Positions 8,192 to 17,445 of a DNA stretch of 47,375 bases are shown piece by piece. This stretch comes from a virus (Duplodnaviria > Heunggongvirae > Uroviricota > Caudoviricetes). Every line of letters begins with the position of its first letter. Positions within the stretch are counted from its first letter, which is position 1. Position numbers and translations under genes: made by a program. Under the pieces are notes generated by a model. It made no database searches and was not told the DNA's origin. It saw only the letters and a program-made list of their open reading frames with translations. Where the stretch lies: positions 71,520-118,894 of IMG/VR virus record IMGVR_UViG_2795385816_000003. One strand, written 5' to 3'.

Positions 8192-8276
8192 TGTAAAGGA
8201 GGTTACACCACAGGTACACCGTGTCACATGTAAGCGCGGTTACATGTCGCAATCAATACATGTAGCGATTGGTACA
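8192..8276. promoter_or_regulatory. Array of TGTA-N8-TACA-like palindromic operator sites
   Basis: Exact at 8192, 8229 and 8261; near matches at 8213 and 8245; the last four abut at a 16-bp period. Confidence 0.65.
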
Positions 8277-8418
8277 CGGTTGTGCGCGCTGGGAGCCGTC
8301 ATCTGGCATCACCCCCGACACCTTGCGATCGGCTGGATTCGTTTGAACCACCTGCTATTCGGCTCGTGGCCGCCTTGCGGTCCGCCAAGCTTGGATTGCT
8401 TGTCACTCGTCAGCTCGT

Positions 8419-8437
8419 CACCGCGTGGGCGTACTTT
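8419..8437 (+). promoter_or_regulatory. CAC-box promoter (CACCG-N8-TACTTT), leaderless to ATG 8445
   Basis: Shared motif; 7 nt from the -10 hexamer to the start codon. Confidence 0.65.
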
Positions 8438-8444
8438 CCTGGCC

Positions 8445-8699
8445 ATGGCCTCGGAAACCATTGACCCCTGCATGGCGTTGTTACCGGATACGGCGTTGGC
8501 GTTCGCGCTCGGTGTGCGGGTGGCTAGCCCGCAGTCGGTGTCAAACGTTGGGCAGGTGTCGACGTTGACCGCCGAGCTGCAGCGCCGCGGTGTGTACGAC
8601 GACATGCTGGCAGTGCTCGATCCTGAGTTGGCGGCGCGGATCGAGTTGTTGGACAGCGCGGATCGCGGCCAACGCTGGGCCCGCACTGGGCACAGGTGA
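8445..8699 (+). CDS. Phage hypothetical protein (84 aa; 3' part of track ORF 8157-8699)
   Basis: MASETIDPCMALLPD...; start chosen from the promoter motif. Confidence 0.65.
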   Translation: MASETIDPCMALLPDTALAFALGVRVASPQSVSNVGQVSTLTAELQRRGVYDDMLAVLDPELAARIELLDSADRGQRWARTGHR

Positions 8700-8717
8700 G
8701 AGGAGAGGAGTACTCCG

Positions 8718-8987
8718 TTGAGCACGTTCCATATCGACGTCTATCCGGTTGGAGTCCTGGAAGCTTGGCAGCACAGGCGAATTCCCGGGAAACTCGGCCA
8801 GTGTTGGCGCTACCTGCTCCACCAGGCTCGGCGTCGTAATTGGCGGGCGGTCCGCAATTCGTTCGGCGGCTACCACGCCGAACTGAGCGCAAGCGAGTAC
8901 GCAACCCGCTGTGGCCATGGTTGGACGAAGCGGCGTGCGATCACGGACTTGATCCGTATCGTCGCGCTCGACGCCGTCCACCTATGA
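8718..8987 (+). CDS. Phage hypothetical protein
   Basis: SD GAGGAG upstream of TTG; 89 aa. Confidence 0.65.
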   Translation: MSTFHIDVYPVGVLEAWQHRRIPGKLGQCWRYLLHQARRRNWRAVRNSFGGYHAELSASEYATRCGHGWTKRRAITDLIRIVALDAVHL

Positions 8988-9050
8988 CCCAGATCACCTG
9001 CAACGTAACGGTTTAGGGATTCGGCGCGTTCTCACTGGGCCGCTGGTGGT

Positions 9051-9629
9051 GTGTGGGCTTACGGTGGCGTTTGTGTGGTCGATGAACTCGATTCCGGTGC
9101 GCGCGGTTTGACGACGCCAGAGCGGTGGGAACCGGATACACAGATGGTTGCGGCGGTGCTTTCGTCCCCGAAATCGTTCCGCAAGATGACCGAGATGTGC
9201 GATCAGGACCGAGCCTGGCTCGTCGCTGGACTCACGGCCGCGGGTATGACGGCCCAAGACATCGCTGCTCGAACCGGCTGCAGCTTGCGCCTCATCCGCG
9301 CGATCCGCGCCGAGGACATGACGCAGGCGTTCGTGGTCGCGCAGCGGGAGGCGCGCGAGGTCAGCGACGAACTGCGTTTGGAGCGTATCGAACTCACGGC
9401 CACCCGACACGAGGCGGATCAGTCCAGGGCCGAAGCAGCGCGTCTGCGCACGCAGATCGATCAGCTTATCGATGCCCACCTGGCTGACACGCTCACGTTG
9501 TTCCGTTGCGGGCACGCGCAAGTCAAGTACAACGTGTACGAGCATGGCGGCCGCAAGTTCTGCCGCGAATGCGCGCGACTACGCAAGCAGGAGCAGCGCA
9601 AATCTAAGCGTCTAACTGCGGTGTCCTAA
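9051..9629 (+). CDS. HTH DNA-binding protein with coiled coil and Cys/His-rich C-terminus (start possibly GTG 9075)
   Basis: AGMTAQDIAARTGCSLRLIRAIR helix-turn-helix; CGH...CREC tail. Confidence 0.75.
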   Translation: MWAYGGVCVVDELDSGARGLTTPERWEPDTQMVAAVLSSPKSFRKMTEMCDQDRAWLVAGLTAAGMTAQDIAARTGCSLRLIRAIRAEDMTQAFVVAQREAREVSDELRLERIELTATRHEADQSRAEAARLRTQIDQLIDAHLADTLTLFRCGHAQVKYNVYEHGGRKFCRECARLRKQEQRKSKRLTAVS

Positions 9630-9660
9630 TTCTGTAGGACAGTTTCAGCGGGATCGGTTT

Positions 9661-9679
9661 CACCCCTTGTCCTTAGCGT
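9661..9679 (+). promoter_or_regulatory. CAC-box promoter (CACCC-N8-TAGCGT), near-leaderless to ATG 9688
   Basis: Shared motif; 8 nt to the start codon. Confidence 0.7.
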
Positions 9680-9687
9680 CGGCCACC

Positions 9688-10113
9688 ATGAACCTTGGTC
9701 TCGGACCCATCGTGCTGATCCTGATCATTTATGTGCTCGCTGTGATGCGACTCGTGCGGCTGATCAACTACGACACCATCCTGGATCCTGTGCGGCTGTG
9801 GATCGCTCACCGCGCGAACCTTGCGATGATCGCCGCCGATGAGGCGCGAACGGCCGGCCATCCGGTCACCGCGCAATCGCACACCCGCCGGATGGCGCGC
9901 TGGAACCTGCTGGCCGAATTCCTCGGATGCCCCTGGTGCGTGGGTTTTTGGCTGTCGCTGGCCGCCGCGGTGGCGCCAGTGCATCTCATCGGCTGGCCGT
10001 GGTGGGCTGTCTTCGGTGTGGCGCTGGCTTGTTCGTATGTCGTCGGGCTGGCCTCGCCGCTGACGGCCGACGAAATGGAGATCGTCAGCCGCGACGCGGA
10101 CGCCGGCCAGTAA
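9688..10113 (+). CDS. DUF1360-like membrane protein
   Basis: Hydrophobic segments, RLVRLI and LGCPWCVGFW motif. Confidence 0.75.
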   Translation: MNLGLGPIVLILIIYVLAVMRLVRLINYDTILDPVRLWIAHRANLAMIAADEARTAGHPVTAQSHTRRMARWNLLAEFLGCPWCVGFWLSLAAAVAPVHLIGWPWWAVFGVALACSYVVGLASPLTADEMEIVSRDADAGQ

Positions 10114-10114
10114 A

Positions 10115-10133
10115 CACCCTGCACAGTTACCGT
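10115..10133 (+). promoter_or_regulatory. CAC-box promoter (CACCC-N8-TACCGT), leaderless to portal GTG 10141
   Basis: Shared motif; 7 nt to the start codon; no SD. Confidence 0.7.
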
Positions 10134-10140
10134 CTGCGAC

Positions 10141-12042
10141 GTGGCCGCCCAAGACTTGCGTGTTGTTCGACGCCGTAGAGGCGACGCGTTGACGGCCTCT
10201 GCGCCGCGCGCCCTGACCGCAGCGAGCACCCCCGTAACCAACTCGGCCCAGATCTTCCAGGCCGGATCGGTCGGCCGCCGGAACAACTGGCAGGCCGAAG
10301 CCTGGGAGATGTACCGGGCAGTCGGCGAGCTGCGCTACTACGTTGGATGGCGCGCCAACTCATGCTCACGAGTCCGATTCGTGGCCTCCGAAATCGACGC
10401 CGACACCGGTGAGCCAACCGGAAGCATCGCCGAGGACAACCGTGAGGGACAACGGGTCACCGAGATCGTCCGCAAGATCGCCGGCGGCAGGCTAGGGCAG
10501 GCGCAGCTGACTCGACGGGCCGCCGAATCGTTGACGGTCCCGGGTGAGCTGTGGATCGCGATCCTGATGCGGACCGAGGGCACCGACCAAAACCAGAGGC
10601 AGGTGGCCAAGTGGTATGCGGTCACGCGCAGAGAGATTGAACAAGGCCCACGAAGCAACACCGTGACGATCAAGCTGCCTGACGGCACAAAGCACGTGTT
10701 CGATCAGAGCAAGGGAGACGGCATGTTCCGGGTGTGGAACCCCGACGCCGAAGACGCGTCGCTGCCTGACTCGCCTGTGCAGGCGTGCTTGGACTCTCTG
10801 CGCGAGATCGTGCGCACCACGAAAAAGATCAAGAACGCGGATAACTCGCGCCTGCTGAACAATGGACTGCTGTTCGTGCCGTCGGAAGCCACATTGCCCG
10901 ATCAGCAGTCGCCGGTTGCGGCCGATAAACCCGGCGACTCGGCTCCGCAGCTGCAACCGGGCCGACGAGTCGCAGCCTCGCTGCAGCAGATGATCGTTCA
11001 GGTCGCCGAGACCGCGTCCAAGGACGAGAACAGCATGGCCGCCTTGGTCCCGATTGTGGCGGCTGCGCCTGGCGATCACCTGGCGAAGATCAATCACCTT
11101 GAGTTCGGCAAGGACGTTACCGACACGGCGCTGAACACTCGGGAGAAGGCGATCGCTCGGCTAGCGACGGGGTTGGACATGTCCCGGGAGCGGCTGCTTG
11201 GGCTGAGTACTGGAAACCATTGGTCCGCTTGGGCTATCGATGATCAGGACGTGCAGGTGCACGTCAAGCCCGTCATGGAAATCATCTGTCACGCGATCTA
11301 CGAGTCGGTTCTTCGCGGGATGTTGATTGATGAGGGAATCGACCCTGACAAATACATTCTCTGGTACGACGCATCGGCCCTGACGTCCGATCCGGATCTG
11401 ACCGACGAGACGAAGGACGCGTTCGAGAAGGGAGCGGTTACAAGCGAATACCTGGTACGGACCTATGGGATTCCTGATGACGCAATGTATGACTTCACCA
11501 GTTTGGAGGGCTGGCAGCAGTGGGCGCAGGACAGGGTGAGTCAAGATCCCACGCTGCTGCGTGAACTGCTGCCCCTACTCGATAGTTCGGTGCAGGGCAT
11601 CGAGTTCCCTGAGCCCGTTGCAGCGCTGCCGCCCGGCCAAGGCGACGGGGAAGAGGACGCGTCGGGTGCTGAGCAGCAGCAGGAACCGGACACCGAGGAC
11701 GACGGCAGCGGTGTGCAGGCCAGCGCGCGGGCCAACGTGGAACTTGCGGTGGTGGATCTGATGGTGGGCCGCGCTCTCGAGTTGGCCGGCAAGCGACGCG
11801 TCCGCACGAATGATCGTGAGCAGCACGCGCGGCTCAAGGGCATCCCGACGCACGAATATCACCGGTACATGGGCCCGGTCGACGAGCCGGAAGTATCGCG
11901 GCTGATCAAAGGATGGGACAGCATCCTGAGTGATTCGGCCTTGTCGGGGTTGGGGATTGATTCGGAGCGCGTCCGGGACAGCGTGCGCAGGATCGCGCGC
12001 CAGCAGCTCACCAGTGAGGTCGTCGACGGGCAGGTGCTCTGA
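10141..12042 (+). CDS. Portal protein
   Basis: 633 aa, position after terminase, cluster-B-like portal features (WQAEAW..Y..VGELRY; NHWSAW). Confidence 0.85.
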   Translation: MAAQDLRVVRRRRGDALTASAPRALTAASTPVTNSAQIFQAGSVGRRNNWQAEAWEMYRAVGELRYYVGWRANSCSRVRFVASEIDADTGEPTGSIAEDNREGQRVTEIVRKIAGGRLGQAQLTRRAAESLTVPGELWIAILMRTEGTDQNQRQVAKWYAVTRREIEQGPRSNTVTIKLPDGTKHVFDQSKGDGMFRVWNPDAEDASLPDSPVQACLDSLREIVRTTKKIKNADNSRLLNNGLLFVPSEATLPDQQSPVAADKPGDSAPQLQPGRRVAASLQQMIVQVAETASKDENSMAALVPIVAAAPGDHLAKINHLEFGKDVTDTALNTREKAIARLATGLDMSRERLLGLSTGNHWSAWAIDDQDVQVHVKPVMEIICHAIYESVLRGMLIDEGIDPDKYILWYDASALTSDPDLTDETKDAFEKGAVTSEYLVRTYGIPDDAMYDFTSLEGWQQWAQDRVSQDPTLLRELLPLLDSSVQGIEFPEPVAALPPGQGDGEEDASGAEQQQEPDTEDDGSGVQASARANVELAVVDLMVGRALELAGKRRVRTNDREQHARLKGIPTHEYHRYMGPVDEPEVSRLIKGWDSILSDSALSGLGIDSERVRDSVRRIARQQLTSEVVDGQVL

Positions 12043-14399
12043 TGTGGCCTGAGCGTGGGGAGGCGCTGTCCCGGACGATCGAGGCCGAAGCAGCGATCAG
12101 CGACCTGTACGCGGAGACGTTGCGGCGCTGGGCGCCGGAGGCGCGCGCTGCTGTGCTGCCCGCACTGACCGCGGCGGCTGCGTTACCCCCGGACCCTGAC
12201 GCCGTCTCACAGACCCAAAGCATGTGGGACCAGCACTCCGAAGCCATCATCATGACTGGCCTCGGCATCTTGTGGGCAGCGTCGGTGTACGAAGCCACGA
12301 TCGGCCTGGGCGGCGCAGTCGCCGACGTAGTTGTGCCCGACCTCGACACCGTCGTGCTAGCCATCGTGCTCGGCTCGCTGCTCATGTCCCGCAAGGAAAT
12401 CGCTGCCGCCATCGCCCATGTCGAAACTAACCCGGCGCTCGCCGCTGCGCGCGATGACTTCCTGGCCAGCCGCCGCGACAATATCGCGGCTACACCCGCG
12501 ATGGTGCGAGCCAAGATGGAAGCCGCGCTCGCCGAACCGACGCTGACCTTGTCAGTGACCCCCGAGGACCGACCTGAGGTGTTGCGCGCCAGGGCGGCCG
12601 AAGTCCTGGAGCCGTCGTCAAACGAAATGCGTGACCTGGCCCGCCAGCGCGGGTACCAGGCCGCCGATGTGCTCAACAACGCGGTTGTCGCCGCTGCGGC
12701 GCAGTCGGAAGAGTCCGCAGGGCTGGAGAAGACGTGGATCTGCACCCTGGATGGCAAGACCCGGCCGACGCATTGGGCCGCTGACGGGCAGCGAGTGCCG
12801 CTCAAGGGTCACTTCACCGTTGGCGGTGAGCAGCTGTTCGTCCCGGGCGATATGTCGGCTTCGCCCGCGGAGTGGAAGAACTGCCGGTGCCGCGTCGGCA
12901 TTCTCGCGGCCGGCGAAGAGCTGCCGGACGAGGTCGATCGGCACACTGAGCGCCTCGACGGCCGGGATTCGGTGGCAGTCAACCGTGATGGGCGCACCCA
13001 GGCAGAGGAAATTGGGCGCCGAGACAAGGCAGGCAATGTGCGTGCCCGTGACACCGAGGACGGTATCGGGCGCGTGGCGTCCGGCGGCTGGGCCGCATCG
13101 AGTGAACAGGAGTACGAAATGGCTGAAGACACAGGGACCTATTTGACGTTTACCGACGCGCTATTCGCGGTGACCGGTACTCCGACGTCGGATGGTCGGA
13201 TGCTTGCAGCCGACATTGAGCTAGCCTTCCGCGACACCCCTATGCCGTTGCAGTGGTGCGAGAAAATGGAAGGCGGCCACTACGGGTCCGTCACCGTGGG
13301 AGTCATCGAGGCGATTCGGTTCAAAGACGGCGAGGTTCGTGCGGACGGCTACATGCTCAACAACGACAACGCCATCAAAGCGATCGACCTAGTGAGTCAT
13401 GGTGTGTGCAATCCGTCCGTGGATCTGGGTGATGTCACGATGGTCGCCACGTACCAAGACGGCACAGTAGTGACAGAGGAAAACTACGACCCTGACCGCG
13501 AGATATTCGCCACTACAACGGCTGCCGAAGTACTCGCCACCACCATCGTGGCCATCCCTGCATTCGGGCAGACAAGGTTTGCCCTGAACGCCGAACGCGA
13601 GGCGCGCGACAAGGCACTGGTTGCGTCGATGGCCGCGAAATTCCAACCACGCGTGTACGCCCCGGTCTTGTTCTCCGACCCCGGGCTCGCTGGACCCACT
13701 CCGCTGTCGATCGACCCCGAAACGGGGCGGATCTTCGGACATGTAGCCACCTTCAATGAAAAGCATCGTTCCGTTGGCCTCGGGCATATCTCGCCTCCGC
13801 GGTCGCACACCGGGTATGCACACTTTCACTCGTCGCCGCCGGTGCGCCTTTCCGATGGCACTGAACTATCGGTGGGTCGGCTGACCGTGGGCATCGGACA
13901 CGCACCGGTGTCTGGAGTGAGCAACGCAGAAGCTCAGGCGCACTACGACAACGCCGAGGCGTGCTTTGCGCTCGTACGAGCAGGCGAGGACGCGCACGGA
14001 ATTTGGGTGTCGGGTGTCGCGGCTCCGTGGGCCACGCAGGAGAAGATCGAGATGGGCTTGGCTGCACCACTGTCGGGTGACTGGCGGCCCTACGGTGGTT
14101 CGCTGGAGCTTGTTGCCGTGCTGGCAGTCAACACGCCGGGATTCCTGTGCCGCAGAACAACTGACTCACAAGGCAACCCGTTGTCGTTGGTGGCTTCCAT
14201 GTCGCCGCGCCCGGGAGCGTCCGGCACTACAGCGCTGTCTCGCGATGACATCAAGGCAGCCGTCACCGAAGCCTTGGCCGAATCCGCCCATGCTGCCAAG
14301 CGGACCGCGCTGCTCACGCGTGCGACATTGGCCGTTGGGGATCTGCCGCCGGAACCATCGCCGGCCGAGCGGATGAGCCAACTGTTGGAGCGTGCCTGA
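12042..14399 (+). CDS. MuF-like head morphogenesis protein fused to capsid maturation protease
   Basis: KTW..TLD.KTR.TH...DGQ...GD...NCRC MuF motif followed by a protease-like domain (TSDGRML...H.GS..VG). Confidence 0.85.
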   Translation: MWPERGEALSRTIEAEAAISDLYAETLRRWAPEARAAVLPALTAAAALPPDPDAVSQTQSMWDQHSEAIIMTGLGILWAASVYEATIGLGGAVADVVVPDLDTVVLAIVLGSLLMSRKEIAAAIAHVETNPALAAARDDFLASRRDNIAATPAMVRAKMEAALAEPTLTLSVTPEDRPEVLRARAAEVLEPSSNEMRDLARQRGYQAADVLNNAVVAAAAQSEESAGLEKTWICTLDGKTRPTHWAADGQRVPLKGHFTVGGEQLFVPGDMSASPAEWKNCRCRVGILAAGEELPDEVDRHTERLDGRDSVAVNRDGRTQAEEIGRRDKAGNVRARDTEDGIGRVASGGWAASSEQEYEMAEDTGTYLTFTDALFAVTGTPTSDGRMLAADIELAFRDTPMPLQWCEKMEGGHYGSVTVGVIEAIRFKDGEVRADGYMLNNDNAIKAIDLVSHGVCNPSVDLGDVTMVATYQDGTVVTEENYDPDREIFATTTAAEVLATTIVAIPAFGQTRFALNAEREARDKALVASMAAKFQPRVYAPVLFSDPGLAGPTPLSIDPETGRIFGHVATFNEKHRSVGLGHISPPRSHTGYAHFHSSPPVRLSDGTELSVGRLTVGIGHAPVSGVSNAEAQAHYDNAEACFALVRAGEDAHGIWVSGVAAPWATQEKIEMGLAAPLSGDWRPYGGSLELVAVLAVNTPGFLCRRTTDSQGNPLSLVASMSPRPGASGTTALSRDDIKAAVTEALAESAHAAKRTALLTRATLAVGDLPPEPSPAERMSQLLERA

Positions 14400-14578
14400 T
14401 GGGGTGCGGATGCCGCAGGGGCACACGCGCCGGTTCGGTCACGTCTTCCGGTGCGACGGTGCAGAGTTTCGAATACACCGCGCCAGATAAGACGGTCACT
14501 TCGTTCCTGACGCTCATTGAGGCCAAGAAGGAACAACGCCGAAATGGTGGCGGCACCATCAAGCTCATCACCAACTGA
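14399..14578 (+). CDS. 59-aa MGCGC-type phage protein (not in ORF track)
   Basis: TGATG overlap; MGCGCRRGTRAGSVTSSGATVQSFEYTAPDKTVTSFLTLIEAKKEQRRNGGGTIKLITN*. Confidence 0.75.
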   Translation: MGCGCRRGTRAGSVTSSGATVQSFEYTAPDKTVTSFLTLIEAKKEQRRNGGGTIKLITN

Positions 14579-14610
14579 GTTTCTTAAAGGCTTTTAACCG
14601 CAGAGGGATT

Positions 14611-14643
14611 CCCGCAGGTCTTTGACCTGCGGGTTTCTCTTTT
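14611..14643 (+). terminator. Rho-independent terminator
   Basis: CCCGCAGGTC-TTT-GACCTGCGGG followed by TTTCTCTTTT. Confidence 0.8.
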
Positions 14644-14669
14644 GGCGGCTGCTACTTGAAAAGCGTGTG

Positions 14670-14688
14670 CACGCACCGTCTCTACGTT
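14670..14688 (+). promoter_or_regulatory. CAC-box promoter (CACGC-N8-TACGTT) for the major capsid gene (leadered)
   Basis: Shared motif directly after a terminator; SD CAGGAG before GTG 14777. Confidence 0.65.
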
Positions 14689-14776
14689 CTGCGGCCAAGA
14701 GAGTTCCTGTCATGCGCTATGTGCCGGGGAGCGATCGAACAGACCGAGAGTTTCACTCTGAGAACAGGAGCACGCA

Positions 14777-16561
14777 GTGAAGTTCGACAAGCTGCCCGAT
14801 CCGCTGCCCGCCACCGTCGCCGAGCTCAACGAGCTGGCTGCCACTGTGACAGCGGAGATCCGGGTATTCCAGGCCCGCGCCGCCGCCAACGACGAGTTCA
14901 GCGCTGAGGAGACTGAGCGTTTCGAGTACTTGCTCGACAGTCGCGACAAGGTTGTGACCGAGCGCGATTCGATCGCCGCCGCCGATCAGGCACAGACCGA
15001 GAACCTCAACGCCCTACTCGACCGCGCGAATGCCGCGACCGAGAAGCCCGCGGCCGAGCCAGAGGCCGACACCGTGACAGACAGCGAGGCAGCCCCCGCA
15101 GACGGCGACGGTGGTGCTGCAGCGGAAGTGGTGGCAGAGGCCGAAGCCGCCACCGCGGCAGCTGCCGCGGATTCGGAAACTGTCACCGCTGCCGCAGGTT
15201 CGGGCCGTCAGGTCGAGTTCGCGGGCGCAGTTCGCAACAGTGATATCCCTTCCGGTACCCCCGGCGATGAGACGCCCAAGGGCTGGGACATGCTGCAGTC
15301 GGCGCCGAAGTACGCCGAGTTCGGCACCGAGAAGGTCGGTTTCGCCGAGATTGCTCAGTCGATTGCCTCTGTAAGTGCAGGGTCCGTCTCGGGCCGTCAG
15401 CGCACCGGCACGAGCCCTGACGGCAACTACGCGACCCAGGCGATCGCCCGCCTGACGCGGCCTGCTCCGGAGATTCCGGCGCCTGCCAATGAGCATGAGG
15501 CGCTCGCGGTTCTGGATGCCATCGGCCGCGCCATCCCGGGTCACGGCCCAGTGAACGCGAAGGGCCTGGTCGCTGCTGGTGGTTGGTGTGCTCCGTCGCA
15601 GCAGGTCTACACCTTCTGTGGTGTGCCCGAGGCGTCGAATCTGCTGTCGCTGCCGGACTTCCCGTTCGACTTCTCTCGCGGAGGTGTCCGCGTCCCGATC
15701 AGCCCCGATGTGTCGGCGCTACTGGACAACCTGTGGCACTTCACCGAAGCCGAACTCGAAGCCGTTAACGCCCAGGGCGATCCGACTGCGGTCAAGAAGC
15801 TCATCGAGTTGCCGTGCCCGGACGAGTTCCTCGAGTGGCGCCTGGAGGCGATCGGTTGGGCGGCCAAGGCCGGCATCTTGATGCGCCAAGCCTGGCCCGA
15901 GGCGATCGAGAACGCATTGCAGCAGATCCAGGTTGCCCACCAGCACCGTGTCTCGCAGATCTCTATCGGCAAGATGGTCGCTGGGTCGGGCACTCCGATC
16001 GTGGTTCCTGCCGGGGCGGTGCTGGGAGCAACTAGCGGCGTTCTCAACGGTCTGGCGCTGCAGGCGTCGAACCTTCGGTACAACAAGGGGCTCGCAGACA
16101 ACGCCACCATCGAAGGCGTTGCGCCGGTGTGGTTCCGCGAGGTGCTGCGAGCAGACCTTGCGCTGCGTGAGGGCAAGGAATTCCTGGCCGTCACCAACGC
16201 GGAGATCGACAACTGGCTGGCGGTCCGCGACATCTACCTGCAGTACGTGGTTGATTGGCAGACCCGCGGCGCGGGCCAGCCCGGCAACATGGCCACGGTG
16301 GTGTACCCGGCCACGGTCGACGTGATGCTGTATCCGGCCGGCACCTGGTTCCGAACCATGAACAACGTCATCACCTTGGGTGTGCAGTACCCGCTGCAGC
16401 AGTTGCAGCTCAACCAGTACACCCACGTGTTCACCGAGGACTCGCTGCAGGTGGGCAAGCGTTGCGACCAGTCGATCATCGTGCGGCTGCCGATCTGCGT
16501 GTCCGGTGCTATCGGCGCTCGTCAGACCGTGGCGTGCAACACGCCGCCTGCGACCCCGTAG
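14777..16561 (+). CDS. Major capsid protein (large, cluster-B hexamer type, with N-terminal scaffold-like region)
   Basis: 594 aa; acidic coiled N-terminus; LVAAGGWCAPS motif; position after protease. Confidence 0.85.
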   Translation: MKFDKLPDPLPATVAELNELAATVTAEIRVFQARAAANDEFSAEETERFEYLLDSRDKVVTERDSIAAADQAQTENLNALLDRANAATEKPAAEPEADTVTDSEAAPADGDGGAAAEVVAEAEAATAAAAADSETVTAAAGSGRQVEFAGAVRNSDIPSGTPGDETPKGWDMLQSAPKYAEFGTEKVGFAEIAQSIASVSAGSVSGRQRTGTSPDGNYATQAIARLTRPAPEIPAPANEHEALAVLDAIGRAIPGHGPVNAKGLVAAGGWCAPSQQVYTFCGVPEASNLLSLPDFPFDFSRGGVRVPISPDVSALLDNLWHFTEAELEAVNAQGDPTAVKKLIELPCPDEFLEWRLEAIGWAAKAGILMRQAWPEAIENALQQIQVAHQHRVSQISIGKMVAGSGTPIVVPAGAVLGATSGVLNGLALQASNLRYNKGLADNATIEGVAPVWFREVLRADLALREGKEFLAVTNAEIDNWLAVRDIYLQYVVDWQTRGAGQPGNMATVVYPATVDVMLYPAGTWFRTMNNVITLGVQYPLQQLQLNQYTHVFTEDSLQVGKRCDQSIIVRLPICVSGAIGARQTVACNTPPATP

Positions 16562-16587
16562 CGGAGCCCGGCGAATCGCATTGGACG

Positions 16588-16632
16588 AGGCGGGCGGACG
16601 TGAACAACCGAGGCATTCACGTCCGCCCGCCT
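16588..16632. repeat. 17-bp inverted repeat between the two capsid genes
   Basis: AGGCGGGCGGACGTGAA / TTCACGTCCGCCCGCCT, 11-nt loop, no U tract. Confidence 0.85.
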
Positions 16633-16657
16633 TCCCGGCAGAGAGGAATCGCGCCAC

Positions 16658-17431
16658 ATGACCGCAGCACTATCCCCGGTGCAGTTTGACGCACCGTTGG
16701 TCAACCCGGCACCCAACGGGCTCGTCGCTGCCACCCAGTGGGTCGACGAGAGCGGTCCGCTGCGCTGGCTGCCGTCCGGTGTCGAGTTCCGGGTCTTCAA
16801 CTACGGCGGCGGCACCCAGTTCGGCGTCTGGAGCGCAGCATGGAACGCCACCGAGTCTGAGCTCAAACCCGCCGATGTCAAAAAGGGTGAGCGTCCTGCC
16901 TTCCTAGATGCGTTCATTGCGCAGACCACGTACGCATCGGACGACTGCAGTCTGCTCAAGCGGAGCCGCGATGAGATCCGGGTCCGGGCACAGCAAGTAC
17001 ACCGCGTGCTGGAGCCTATCCAGACGGAGAAAACGCTCGCGGCCCGCATGCTGCTCGATGCCGGGACGCCTGCGGCTAAGACGGGAATCGTGGCAGCTAT
17101 CGGCGCCATCGAGGGGCTGATCGCGGACACCGGCACCGTCGGGGTCATTCACGCGTCGGCGGAGTTGGCCGCCCCTGCCGCACAGGCGAATCTGATCCGC
17201 TACAACAACGGCCGGCTGGTTTCACCGCTGGGTAACACCTGGGTGTTCGGCGGCGGTTACGTCTCGGCGCTGGGCTCCAAGCTGATCGCTACCAGCCCCA
17301 CCTACGGATGGCGCGGACCAGTGGAGCTGCGCGATGCGCCGAGCCTGCAGCACAACGAATTCAAGGCCATCGCCGAGCGGTCGCTGGTCGTCGGATATGA
17401 GGCGCTGATCGGCGCCGTGAACATCACGTAG
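16658..17431 (+). CDS. Second capsid protein (cluster-B pentamer type)
   Basis: 257 aa directly after the capsid gene; size, position and composition match the B-like second capsid gene. Confidence 0.65.
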   Translation: MTAALSPVQFDAPLVNPAPNGLVAATQWVDESGPLRWLPSGVEFRVFNYGGGTQFGVWSAAWNATESELKPADVKKGERPAFLDAFIAQTTYASDDCSLLKRSRDEIRVRAQQVHRVLEPIQTEKTLAARMLLDAGTPAAKTGIVAAIGAIEGLIADTGTVGVIHASAELAAPAAQANLIRYNNGRLVSPLGNTWVFGGGYVSALGSKLIATSPTYGWRGPVELRDAPSLQHNEFKAIAERSLVVGYEALIGAVNIT

Positions 17432-17445
17432 AAGGGTTGGACGTC

